Assembly: GCA_014799575.1 (NCBI GenBank)
Contig: JAAVHS010000015.1
Coordinates: forward strand, 220,382-284,381
Direction of reading: 5' to 3'
DNA: 64,000 bases
Source: Clostridiales bacterium
GTDB lineage: Bacteria > Bacillota > Clostridia > Christensenellales > UBA3700
Under the pieces are notes generated by a model, which was not told where the DNA came from, did no database searches, and saw only the letters and a program-made list of their open reading frames with translations. Of the stretch, positions 19,655 through 27,371 are shown piece by piece (positions within the stretch are counted from its first letter, which is position 1; each line of letters begins with the position of its first letter). The position numbers were made by a program, and so were the translations under genes.

Positions 19655-20245
19655 TTATTCGTCAAAGTAAGTAGCCATAATATCGGCTATATGTACGATT
19701 GTAGCGAACGGATAGTCCGTGAATGCTTTGGAGAGCGAATAATCTCCGCCTATCACTCTTTTGTCAAATCCGCCCATGTGCCAATTTATTGCCATAGCCT
19801 CGTCGCGCGTCAACCTCATAAATCCGCTTATGATATACACCGACTTTTCGCCGTGTCCGTAAGGAAGAGAATCGTTGACGGAAAAGTACGGCACTTGTTC
19901 CCATATACCGTCCACTTTGACGTTGCGAAGTTGCACCTCATAGAAATTGACCTTGCATACGTCGTGAAGAAGCGTGGCGATAGCGATATTTTCCATTGTG
20001 ACGTTCTTAAAAGGACTGCCGTCCTTTTTGTTTTCATTCTCAATCAATTCAACCGCTCTATCAAATACGTTCAAAGAGTGGTCGCACAATCCGCCCGTCA
20101 CTGCATTGTGAAATTTGGAACTCGCAGGCGCGGTAAAAAAGTCGCTGTCCGTAAGCCACTTCAAAAGTTTGTCGCTGCCCTCTCTCGTAACGTGCTTGCT
20201 GAATAATTGAATAAACCTATCTTTATTGAAATCCAAATCTATCAT
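19655..20245 (-). CDS. HD-domain phosphohydrolase
   Basis: H...HD motif (LLHDVCK) and a later HIAD. 196 aa. Confidence 0.7.
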   Translation of the reverse strand: MIDLDFNKDRFIQLFSKHVTREGSDKLLKWLTDSDFFTAPASSKFHNAVTGGLCDHSLNVFDRAVELIENENKKDGSPFKNVTMENIAIATLLHDVCKVNFYEVQLRNVKVDGIWEQVPYFSVNDSLPYGHGEKSVYIISGFMRLTRDEAMAINWHMGGFDKRVIGGDYSLSKAFTDYPFATIVHIADIMATYFDE

Positions 20246-20310
20246 AACCGCTTCTCCTTTGTCTATTCAATTATATATCTCTTGCTAGGCAAAAGTCAAT
20301 TCAACCGTTG

Positions 20311-20952
20311 TTATAACTCGTTATAGTAAACTATATTCTCAACCGCAGATTTGAAAATCTGTTCCATACGAGCGATTTTCATCTCTTCAGTATAGCTGCT
20401 ACCTGCAACGTCTTCTTTTATTGCCATCGTCAAAATCACAATGCACGTCGCTCCTTTTCGCGGTGTCGTTTTTATTATGTAATCATATTTTTTATTATAA
20501 ACCGAAACACAATATTTATATCCGTTGTACTCTTTGTCGTATTTAATGTTCTTGTCTTTACTTGTATAAAAATGCACGCTTATGTTCATCGGGATTTCCT
20601 CACCGTCATCTTTACTAGAAAGAAAATAAACGCACGAGTCTATATTCTTCACTCGCATAGGCAAAGAAAGATTAGGATTAACTTTATATCCATTATATTC
20701 AATCATGACATTGTTAACATCATCGTCCTTCCACAAGAAACCTGCTCTTTGCAAATTGTTCACAGTCAAAAAATCGTCGGATAAATATACTATATCGTCC
20801 TCCATTACAGTACTCAATTTATCAAGAGGAATTTGACGTTGTACTGGACGATAACCGCTATTCAAAATGCCCCATATTATACATAATATCAATACTGCCA
20901 ATACTAGTAAAACAATAAAAGTTATTAAAACCGCTTTTTTCGCTCTTGACAT
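20311..20952 (-). CDS. Membrane-anchored hypothetical protein
   Basis: N-terminal TM helix (AVLITFIVLLVLAVLILCIIWGIL). No family recognised. Confidence 0.5.
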   Translation of the reverse strand: MSRAKKAVLITFIVLLVLAVLILCIIWGILNSGYRPVQRQIPLDKLSTVMEDDIVYLSDDFLTVNNLQRAGFLWKDDDVNNVMIEYNGYKVNPNLSLPMRVKNIDSCVYFLSSKDDGEEIPMNISVHFYTSKDKNIKYDKEYNGYKYCVSVYNKKYDYIIKTTPRKGATCIVILTMAIKEDVAGSSYTEEMKIARMEQIFKSAVENIVYYNEL

Positions 20953-21043
20953 AGTTATATACTTCCCCTATAATTATTGATTAAATTATAATATATAACT
21001 AATCGTTTGTCAAGGTGCATTTTGTAACTGCTTGTTTGAGATG

Positions 21044-21961
21044 TCAAAATATTTTGAATTTCCACTCGACTTGCGGCTTTTCGGGCAAAGTGTCTTCGAC
21101 CTTTTTTACGCGCGTTATTGCGCCTTGCACTGGCAAATAACAGTCGCGGCGAAGTTCTCTCTCTTCGACCTTATTGCCGTCTTTATAGTACTCGATTATC
21201 GCGCGCGATTTATAGCCTTGCGTGCCTTTTTTGTTGACGAGATACTCCCCTTCTTCGTCTGTAAGCACTTCGCCGTCTAGTTGCTCCGCCCATTCGACGG
21301 TAGGCGACGGCTCCGGCAAGACTTCGAGCACTTCGCTACGCAATTTGATTGTATACTCCAACGGATGACCGTAAATATCGAAAATTATCTTTTTATCTTT
21401 CGTATAGCCGTTGACAAGCACGTCGTATTCGGAATTATTGACGAGAACCATATCTATAAACTCGCTTACAGTCGCGTCGGTAGACAGCGGACAGTAAGAA
21501 GACGGAAGGCTGTGCGCCTTGACGTACTCGCTGCCTAATCCTGCTCTTATCCAAGCGTTGTAGAGCGTAGACGACACCTGACATACGCCTCCGCCTATTC
21601 CCTGCGTATACTCGCCGTCTACGATTACTTTTGCGTTTTTATATCCACGCTCTTCGACTCTCTTTCCGACGACGTTGTTAAACGACAACTTCTCTCCCTT
21701 TTTTACCGCTATCCAACTGAAACTCTCGCAAGCGAGCGCAACGTTGTGCGCGCGTTCTTCTTTGGACGAAGAAAAGTCCGTGCTAAACGAACTTATTTTT
21801 TGCATCTTATGCGAAAAGTCGTATTGATTTGGGCTCATAGCGCCCTCGACTATACCGCTTGTTTGTTGATATATAATTACTCCGCCGACTATCGTAAATA
21901 TGGCGGAAATAATTAATATTACGGCTATTGATTTATTTGTTGTTCCAATACGACTTTTCAC
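21044..21961 (-). CDS. VanW family protein with a C-terminal G5-like domain
   Basis: VanW core GGGVCQVSSTLYNA. N-terminal TM helix. GTG start (no ATG nearby). Confidence 0.8.
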   Translation of the reverse strand: MKSRIGTTNKSIAVILIISAIFTIVGGVIIYQQTSGIVEGAMSPNQYDFSHKMQKISSFSTDFSSSKEERAHNVALACESFSWIAVKKGEKLSFNNVVGKRVEERGYKNAKVIVDGEYTQGIGGGVCQVSSTLYNAWIRAGLGSEYVKAHSLPSSYCPLSTDATVSEFIDMVLVNNSEYDVLVNGYTKDKKIIFDIYGHPLEYTIKLRSEVLEVLPEPSPTVEWAEQLDGEVLTDEEGEYLVNKKGTQGYKSRAIIEYYKDGNKVEERELRRDCYLPVQGAITRVKKVEDTLPEKPQVEWKFKIF

Positions 21962-21996
21962 GAGTTAAGTATGTGAGTTATTCAATAAATTATTCA

Positions 21997-22030
21997 TGAA
22001 AAAACCCGACGTTCAGTCGGGTCTTTCTTT
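21997..22030 (-). terminator. Rho-independent terminator after the Wzz-like gene
   Basis: On the minus strand, CCCGAC-TGAAC-GTCGGG is followed by TTTTTT. Confidence 0.7.
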
Positions 22031-22046
22031 TCAATGCTATTTGTTG

Positions 22047-23495
22047 TTATTCAACTTTGTTCTCGCCTTCGTCAGCGGTCTCCGCGCTTTCGACTGCTAT
22101 TGCTTGCTCAGCTTCGTCTTGCGCTTTCTTCTTTTCCAAAAGCTTAATTCTCATTGCGCCCTTCTTAGCCGTAACGCACATTGCTATTATCACAGCGACA
22201 ACTATTACGACTGCAAGCAAAATGATGAAACGCATAGTTGACAACGGCGACGTAGTAGTCTGTCTTGCGCCTGTCGTCATTCTCACAAGAGAGGTATTTA
22301 TTGTATAACCTTCATTGTAATCTTTTATCATGCCCTTGTAAGATTCGAGCAAAGTATTGTATCTGTCAATAACTCTATTTACGTTGGTAATTACTTCTTT
22401 ATAGAGATTTGCCTGCTGCTCCTCACTCATATTAGCGTAAGAGCCTTCGCCTGCTACGTCGTAAGCATTTTTGTATGACGTCCAAGTTTCTTCATTCTTT
22501 CTAGCGTTTGCCAACTCGGTGGATACCCTGATGATTTCCTCTTGAAGCTTTTCGGTATTTTGTACTACAATCGGTTCTTGCGAAGAGCCTTGCGAAACTA
22601 GCGGTCTTGCATTCTCCAAAGCCTTATTTAGATTTTCAATTTGACCTTCCTTTGCGGTCTTAGCTGCGGTAAATTCAACAAGTTTTTCTTCGATATAAGC
22701 GCGTTCGCCGTTGCCGTTGATGGCTTTTGTACGAATGTACGTGCTGTTGTAGCCGCTGAGTTCCGTCGCAAGGCTTCTGACCTGAGAAGTCAAAGTCGCG
22801 AAACTTTCTTTTTGGCTAGACGAAATAAAGTTGTCAGCCTTTGCCTGCCACATCGCGCTTTCGGTAACAAACGTGTTGACTTCTTGTGACAAAATATCAA
22901 GTTCTTTCATAGCGTTGATACTGCTACCTTCCGCAATCTTCTCAATAGCTGACAATTTTGTACCCATTGAGAAATTAGCCTTAAATGAATTGATATACTC
23001 TTCCGTAATCGCGCCGACAATCGTGTTGTATTCGTTCTTCGAAGAGATAAGTTTGTCTATCTTAGAATTTTGCGCGAGTACGATTCTATAATTGTAACTT
23101 GCGCTGACTACTTCTTCATTCTCATCCTTTTGTTCGTCCGAAACAGTCGGAATAACCGAAAGATTATTGATGACTTCGCCGACAAGTTTGTCAATCGTCT
23201 CTTCGTCGTATCCGCACTTTGCCAAAGCGTTGCGTACGTTGGACGACGTCCTGATATTGTTGACCAAACTCATCTGTCCGCCCCATGGGTCGTTGCCGTC
23301 TTCAATTCCCGAATAATAATAAGTTATTCTCGTCTCAAATTGACTCTTAGACATTACTATATCGGTTACGCCCAATACTGCCGTACCCAAAATCAAGCCT
23401 ATCAAAACGTATACGATAATTCGCACGCCGCTTATCTTGATTTTTTCCCATATCTTCTTAAACGTCAATTCCTCAGTATATTGCTCTTCTTCCAT
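22047..23495 (-). CDS. Bitopic coiled-coil envelope protein with polysaccharide co-polymerase (Wzz-like) topology
   Basis: TM helix near the N-terminus, about 400 aa of coiled-coil-rich ectodomain, a second TM helix and a charged tail. ATG at 23495 follows GGAGGAAATT; the track start at 23507 is TTG inside the SD. Confidence 0.5.
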   Translation of the reverse strand: MEEEQYTEELTFKKIWEKIKISGVRIIVYVLIGLILGTAVLGVTDIVMSKSQFETRITYYYSGIEDGNDPWGGQMSLVNNIRTSSNVRNALAKCGYDEETIDKLVGEVINNLSVIPTVSDEQKDENEEVVSASYNYRIVLAQNSKIDKLISSKNEYNTIVGAITEEYINSFKANFSMGTKLSAIEKIAEGSSINAMKELDILSQEVNTFVTESAMWQAKADNFISSSQKESFATLTSQVRSLATELSGYNSTYIRTKAINGNGERAYIEEKLVEFTAAKTAKEGQIENLNKALENARPLVSQGSSQEPIVVQNTEKLQEEIIRVSTELANARKNEETWTSYKNAYDVAGEGSYANMSEEQQANLYKEVITNVNRVIDRYNTLLESYKGMIKDYNEGYTINTSLVRMTTGARQTTTSPLSTMRFIILLAVVIVVAVIIAMCVTAKKGAMRIKLLEKKKAQDEAEQAIAVESAETADEGENKVE

Positions 23496-23627
23496 AATTT
23501 CCTCCAAAAGAAATTCGTACAGCCTTAGTATACCATAGACGCAAAACCTTTTGCAATCATTTTATATATCTTTCCCTCTTAGGCGCATTATAATACCTTT
23601 TATATTACACTTTCTTTGACCAAACAC

Positions 23628-23656
23628 TTGCCAAAGCCATAAAATTATGATAATAT
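23628..23656 (+). promoter_or_regulatory. Sigma-A-type promoter for tRNA-Ser
   Basis: TTGCCA, 17-nt spacer, TAATAT, with TG at -15/-14. Lies about 28 nt upstream of the tRNA 5' end. Confidence 0.5.
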
Positions 23657-23683
23657 CATTTTGTCAAAACTTAATATCAACGT

Positions 23684-23773
23684 AGAGAGTTGGCTGAGTG
23701 GTCGAAGGCGCACGATTGGAAATCGTGTGAACGGGAAACCGTTCCGAGGGTTCAAATCCCTCACTCTCTGCCA
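23684..23773 (+). tRNA. tRNA-Ser (anticodon GGA), class II with long variable arm, encoded CCA
   Basis: 7-bp acceptor stem AGAGAGT/ACTCTCT. Anticodon stem CACGA/TCGTG with loop TTGGAAA. Variable arm ACGGGAAACCGT. T-arm GAGGG-TTCAAAT-CCCTC. Discriminator G plus CCA. Confidence 0.9.
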
Positions 23774-23779
23774 GTTTGC

Positions 23780-23859
23780 CAAATAATTGCAATTTTGGCG
23801 AAAATAGAAGGTGAGAAAATTTCTCACCTTTTTATTTTGCCTCTTAAGGCAATTATTTG
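23780..23859. repeat. 11-bp perfect inverted repeat bracketing the tRNA terminator
   Basis: CAAATAATTGC (23780-23790) and GCAATTATTTG (23849-23859). Confidence 0.6.
23808..23838 (+). terminator. Rho-independent terminator after tRNA-Ser
   Basis: 10-bp stem AAGGTGAGAA/TTCTCACCTT followed by TTTATTTT. Confidence 0.8.
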
Positions 23860-23965
23860 TTTAGACAGTAGTCGTAAGGGATAGTCCGAAATAGTGACGC
23901 TCACTGTCGTTCGCTAGACCGTCGCTTCGCTCCTTACAAATCCCTCTTTTCTGGGCTTTTTAATG

Positions 23966-24289
23966 TTACTTCAAATTCCTCATCAAATCAATAACTCTTG
24001 CTTTATTTTCAGAACTTAAAACCTTGTATATTTCAAATAATTCTTTTGCTTCCTTGTAGTTAGCAATATCCTCAAAGAAAAATTCTTCTGGAGTTGCGCC
24101 ACAAACTTGTATTGCATCAAGCAAAACTTCTGACGGCATAGCCAAATCGCCGTTGTCAAATTTGGCTATATACGCTTTAGATTTTCCGATTCGTCCAGAC
24201 AATTCTCTTGCCGACAAACCCGCTCTTGCTCTCATCATACCTAACCTATCAATCAAAAACTTTCTTGCTGGTGTAACGCTTTTATTCAT
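23966..24289 (-). CDS. XRE-family helix-turn-helix transcriptional regulator
   Basis: HTH_3 pattern (MMRARAGLSARELSGRIGKSKAYIAKFDNGD). ATG at 24289 follows GGAGGAAATT; the track start at 24310 is 7 codons upstream. Confidence 0.8.
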   Translation of the reverse strand: MNKSVTPARKFLIDRLGMMRARAGLSARELSGRIGKSKAYIAKFDNGDLAMPSEVLLDAIQVCGATPEEFFFEDIANYKEAKELFEIYKVLSSENKARVIDLMRNLK

Positions 24290-24472
24290 AATTTCCTCCG
24301 TTGCAACCATTGTAAGTTAGAATTTTTCGGCAAGTGCCTACTATTTATGGTAAAAATTGATTGTAATTCAGCGTTTATATGTTATAATGCCTATATATGC
24401 TCAATTTATACCATTGAGAGTAATCACAAGAAATAAAAAGCATAATAAAACTATTGTAATTAGGAGAAGTAT

Positions 24473-24970
24473 ATGAATTACCAAACATGTTGCTGTACAG
24501 GACATCGCCCGAAAGGTTTTCCGTTTAAGTACGGAGTTGATAAGCAAAAGCATAATGCCTATTTATTATTGCTTGAAGAAAAGATAAAGCTTGCAATTAC
24601 AGAATACGGAATTACAAACTTTATTTCGGGTATGGCTATCGGCGTAGATTTGGACTTTGCAGAAATTGTCTTGAAACTGCGAAATAAATACCCCATCACT
24701 TTGGAGTGCGCTATTCCTTGCCCTAACCAAACGTTGAAATGGAACAGCTCGGACAAATTACGTTATGAAAGTATTTTGAAACGCGCGGACAAAATAAATC
24801 TTATTTCAGAGCGTTACACTCCCGAATGTATGTTAAAACGTAACCGCTATATGGTAGACAAAAGCCAGCTTGTAATTGCGGTATTCAACGGAATTAAACA
24901 AGGCGGAACGTGGTACACGATAAACTACGCAAAAAGAGAAAATAAAGTTATCGAGATTATAAATTTATGA
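24473..24970 (+). CDS. DUF1273 / YpsA-like SLOG-domain protein
   Basis: CCCTGHRP..., ISGMAIGVDLDFAEIVLKLR..., IPCPNQTLKWN, GGTWYT: the pattern of the UPF0398/DUF1273 family. AGGAGAAG SD. Extended -10 TGTTATAAT upstream. Confidence 0.75.
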   Translation: MNYQTCCCTGHRPKGFPFKYGVDKQKHNAYLLLLEEKIKLAITEYGITNFISGMAIGVDLDFAEIVLKLRNKYPITLECAIPCPNQTLKWNSSDKLRYESILKRADKINLISERYTPECMLKRNRYMVDKSQLVIAVFNGIKQGGTWYTINYAKRENKVIEIINL

Positions 24971-25137
24971 AAAACAAAACATTAAAGTTTATATTAGTCG
25001 GCATATTGTTGTTTGTTACGATACTCGCAATAGAATTTTGTTGCATATATGCGCTGCTAGGCGATAATACATGGAATTATATTAAAGATTTTTGGAATTG
25101 GTACGCAATGTTCATTATAGACATTAGAAATAAATAG
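24967..25137 (+). CDS. Possible 56-aa single-pass membrane micro-protein
   Basis: ATG overlaps the DUF1273 stop (ATGA). Translated by hand: MKNKTLKFILVGILLFVTILAIEFCCIYALLGDNTWNYIKDFWNWYAMFIIDIRNK. It is too short for the ORF track. Confidence 0.3.
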   Translation: MKNKTLKFILVGILLFVTILAIEFCCIYALLGDNTWNYIKDFWNWYAMFIIDIRNK

Positions 25138-25163
25138 TCATATTACAAAATGAAAACTCGCAC

Positions 25164-25192
25164 TTTACAAGTCAATAATTATTGTTTATAAT
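25164..25192 (+). promoter_or_regulatory. Sigma-A-type promoter for the PP-loop/ferredoxin pair
   Basis: TTTACA, 17-nt spacer, TATAAT. Confidence 0.5.
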
Positions 25193-25245
25193 ATAAGTAA
25201 GCGTGATTGGGTTTATTGCGCAAATTATTGGGTGGCAAAAGTATT

Positions 25246-26634
25246 ATGTTTTATTTGCAAAATAGATGGAAAGTTGAAGATAGACGACTGCGTTATTACG
25301 GTTTGAGAAACAAACCTCATATGTTCAAAAACGCCGTCAAGTTGACAAAGGCGCAAGAAGACGTCATCAAGAAGTTGCCTTGCGAATTGAATAGCGATGA
25401 AATAAAAACGTTGAAGAATCTAATAGGAACGCAAGTCGTAAAGGAAGACGATTTGCGCGTCACGCCGAAATCGCTCAAAGAAGCAAGATTTTGTAAGACG
25501 TGTATCGCCAACGACTTTATAATTCCAGGACTGGAATTTGACGAAAACGGTCAATGCCCTATGTGCGCGACGGCGCATGAAACAAAGGGGCTTAAAAGCG
25601 TCGTGCCTATCAAAAATACTTTTGAACGCTCTAAAAAATCAAGATTTGACGTCGCGCTATTTTACACGGGCGGCAAGGACTCGACGTATCTGCTCTATTA
25701 TTTGTCAAAAGTCCTTGACCTCAAAGTGCTTGCTTTGACTTGGGAACTGCCCTTTATGTCCGACAGCGCAAGACAAAGTATCGAAAGCGCAAAGAAATCG
25801 CTAAGCAACGTAGAATTCATAATCCGCAAAGTCGCGAACGAAGACCTTAAAAAAATTTATAGAAAACTTTACTCGACCGCAGGTAATACTTGCGCATGTC
25901 CGTCTTTGGCGTATATACTGTTTTATCCCGAACTGGTCGCAAACAAAGTCCCCTACTTTGTAGCCGGCAACGAACCTGCGCAACTTATAGGGTTGTATTA
26001 CAACCATTTAGCGCCAAAGATAGCGTATACTTTCGGCAACGATAAATTCCTCAACGGGCTAATAAATATTGGGCGAATACTGACTTTGCATCCGCCGTTG
26101 AAAAGCGGACAATTTCATACTCTTGCCACTATGCGACAACTTGCGTACGGCGATAATTTCATTAAGAAGATTGCGGGATACAGCAATCCGTTGGTAAGTA
26201 ATGTCGTCGACGCAATACATCAAGTGCCGTCGATTGTCAAGCCTCTCAAACGCGCAATACGCTCATCCTCTCGAAGCGGAAATATCCCTGCCTTCGTTCA
26301 AGTGGATCTAAACGACATCTGCGACGGTCATTACGACTGGAAGAAAATCAAAGATCTGATAATTTCTCAATGCGGTTGGGTTCCGCCCGAGAAGACGGAT
26401 AAAGGACTGCATACAAGTTGCAAGATAGAAAAGTGTAAAGAATACTCTCAATTCATAAAATTCTATAATATGGATAGCACAATGATACCTTTTAGCGCGT
26501 TGGAAATATCTTTGGCTACTCGCGATAAAGCAATAACTCGCGAAGACGCAATCGCGGAACTAAATTCAACTTTGGGATTTTCTTTGGACGAACCGCCTGA
26601 ATGTATAATTATGAAGGAGTATATAAATCAATGA
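25246..26634 (+). CDS. Zinc-ribbon + PP-loop (N-type ATP pyrophosphatase) superfamily protein, substrate unknown
   Basis: CKTC...CPMC zinc-ribbon pair followed by the PP-loop FYTGGKDSTYL (SGGxDS variant). ATG at 25246 follows GGGTGG; the track start at 25207 is TTG. Confidence 0.65.
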   Translation: MFYLQNRWKVEDRRLRYYGLRNKPHMFKNAVKLTKAQEDVIKKLPCELNSDEIKTLKNLIGTQVVKEDDLRVTPKSLKEARFCKTCIANDFIIPGLEFDENGQCPMCATAHETKGLKSVVPIKNTFERSKKSRFDVALFYTGGKDSTYLLYYLSKVLDLKVLALTWELPFMSDSARQSIESAKKSLSNVEFIIRKVANEDLKKIYRKLYSTAGNTCACPSLAYILFYPELVANKVPYFVAGNEPAQLIGLYYNHLAPKIAYTFGNDKFLNGLINIGRILTLHPPLKSGQFHTLATMRQLAYGDNFIKKIAGYSNPLVSNVVDAIHQVPSIVKPLKRAIRSSSRSGNIPAFVQVDLNDICDGHYDWKKIKDLIISQCGWVPPEKTDKGLHTSCKIEKCKEYSQFIKFYNMDSTMIPFSALEISLATRDKAITREDAIAELNSTLGFSLDEPPECIIMKEYINQ

Positions 26635-27311
26635 ACGCGATTGTCTACTACTCCAACACTGAGCAGTCAAAACGCATTGCGCAATATCTTGCGGACAAAT
26701 CGGGATATAGCCTTTGCGATATCTACGACTTGAATGAATTCTCTTTTGACAATCTTGCGCTTGTATTTCCCGTATACAGTCAATCACTACCCTATGCGGT
26801 AAAGACTTTCCTATCAAAGATACGAGCGCAAAATCTTACGCTTGTCGCTACTTACGGAAGAATGTGCTACGGCAACGCTCTACACGAAGCGCAGAAGAAA
26901 TATAAGCACAATATTGTAGCTGCCGCATATATCCCCACAAAACATTCTTATCTGCAAGAAAGCGAATTTGACGATTTCAAAAGTCTAGACCGTATAGTAG
27001 AAAAAATGCTTGCCCCTTCGCCTATCGCTATACCGAGATCGTATAAAAATATTTTTTCAAATCTGTTCAAAGATCAACGCAGTCGTATGGGCGTGAAAAT
27101 ATACAAAACCCAAGATTGCGACAGGTGTAATACATGCTCGCAACTTTGCAAAAACAATGCGATAATCAATGGCGAAATAAATAAAAATTGCATAAGATGT
27201 CTTAAATGCGTGAACGCTTGCCCCAAAGGCGCGTTGAAATATAAATTGCGATATCCTATGCGGATATATCTCAAAAAGAAAAAGAAAGACAAAATGGTTA
27301 TTTATATTTGA
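26631..27311 (+). CDS. Flavodoxin-like domain fused to a 2x[4Fe-4S] ferredoxin domain (EFR1-like architecture)
   Basis: N-terminus MNAIVYYSNTEQSKRIAQYLA (flavodoxin-like). CDRCNTCSQLC and CIRCLKCVNACP cluster motifs. ATGA overlap with the PP-loop gene. Confidence 0.75.
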   Translation: MNAIVYYSNTEQSKRIAQYLADKSGYSLCDIYDLNEFSFDNLALVFPVYSQSLPYAVKTFLSKIRAQNLTLVATYGRMCYGNALHEAQKKYKHNIVAAAYIPTKHSYLQESEFDDFKSLDRIVEKMLAPSPIAIPRSYKNIFSNLFKDQRSRMGVKIYKTQDCDRCNTCSQLCKNNAIINGEINKNCIRCLKCVNACPKGALKYKLRYPMRIYLKKKKKDKMVIYI

Positions 27312-27322
27312 TATGCAAATGC

Positions 27323-27340
27323 GCCACCCGTTTGGGTGGC
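27323..27340. terminator. Hairpin between convergent genes (weak bidirectional terminator candidate)
   Basis: GCCACCC-GTTT-GGGTGGC. No strong T-tract on either side. Confidence 0.4.
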
Positions 27341-27371
27341 ACTGATTGTATCTGAAAATTGCGATTTATTA

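Noticed and set aside
23860-23965. An ORF-free GC-richer stretch between the tRNA terminator and the XRE gene, considered as a possible small RNA or riboswitch.
   Set aside because: I could find only a 6-bp closing stem (GTAAGG/CCTTAC). There is no convincing internal structure, promoter or terminator, so there is not enough evidence to call an RNA gene.
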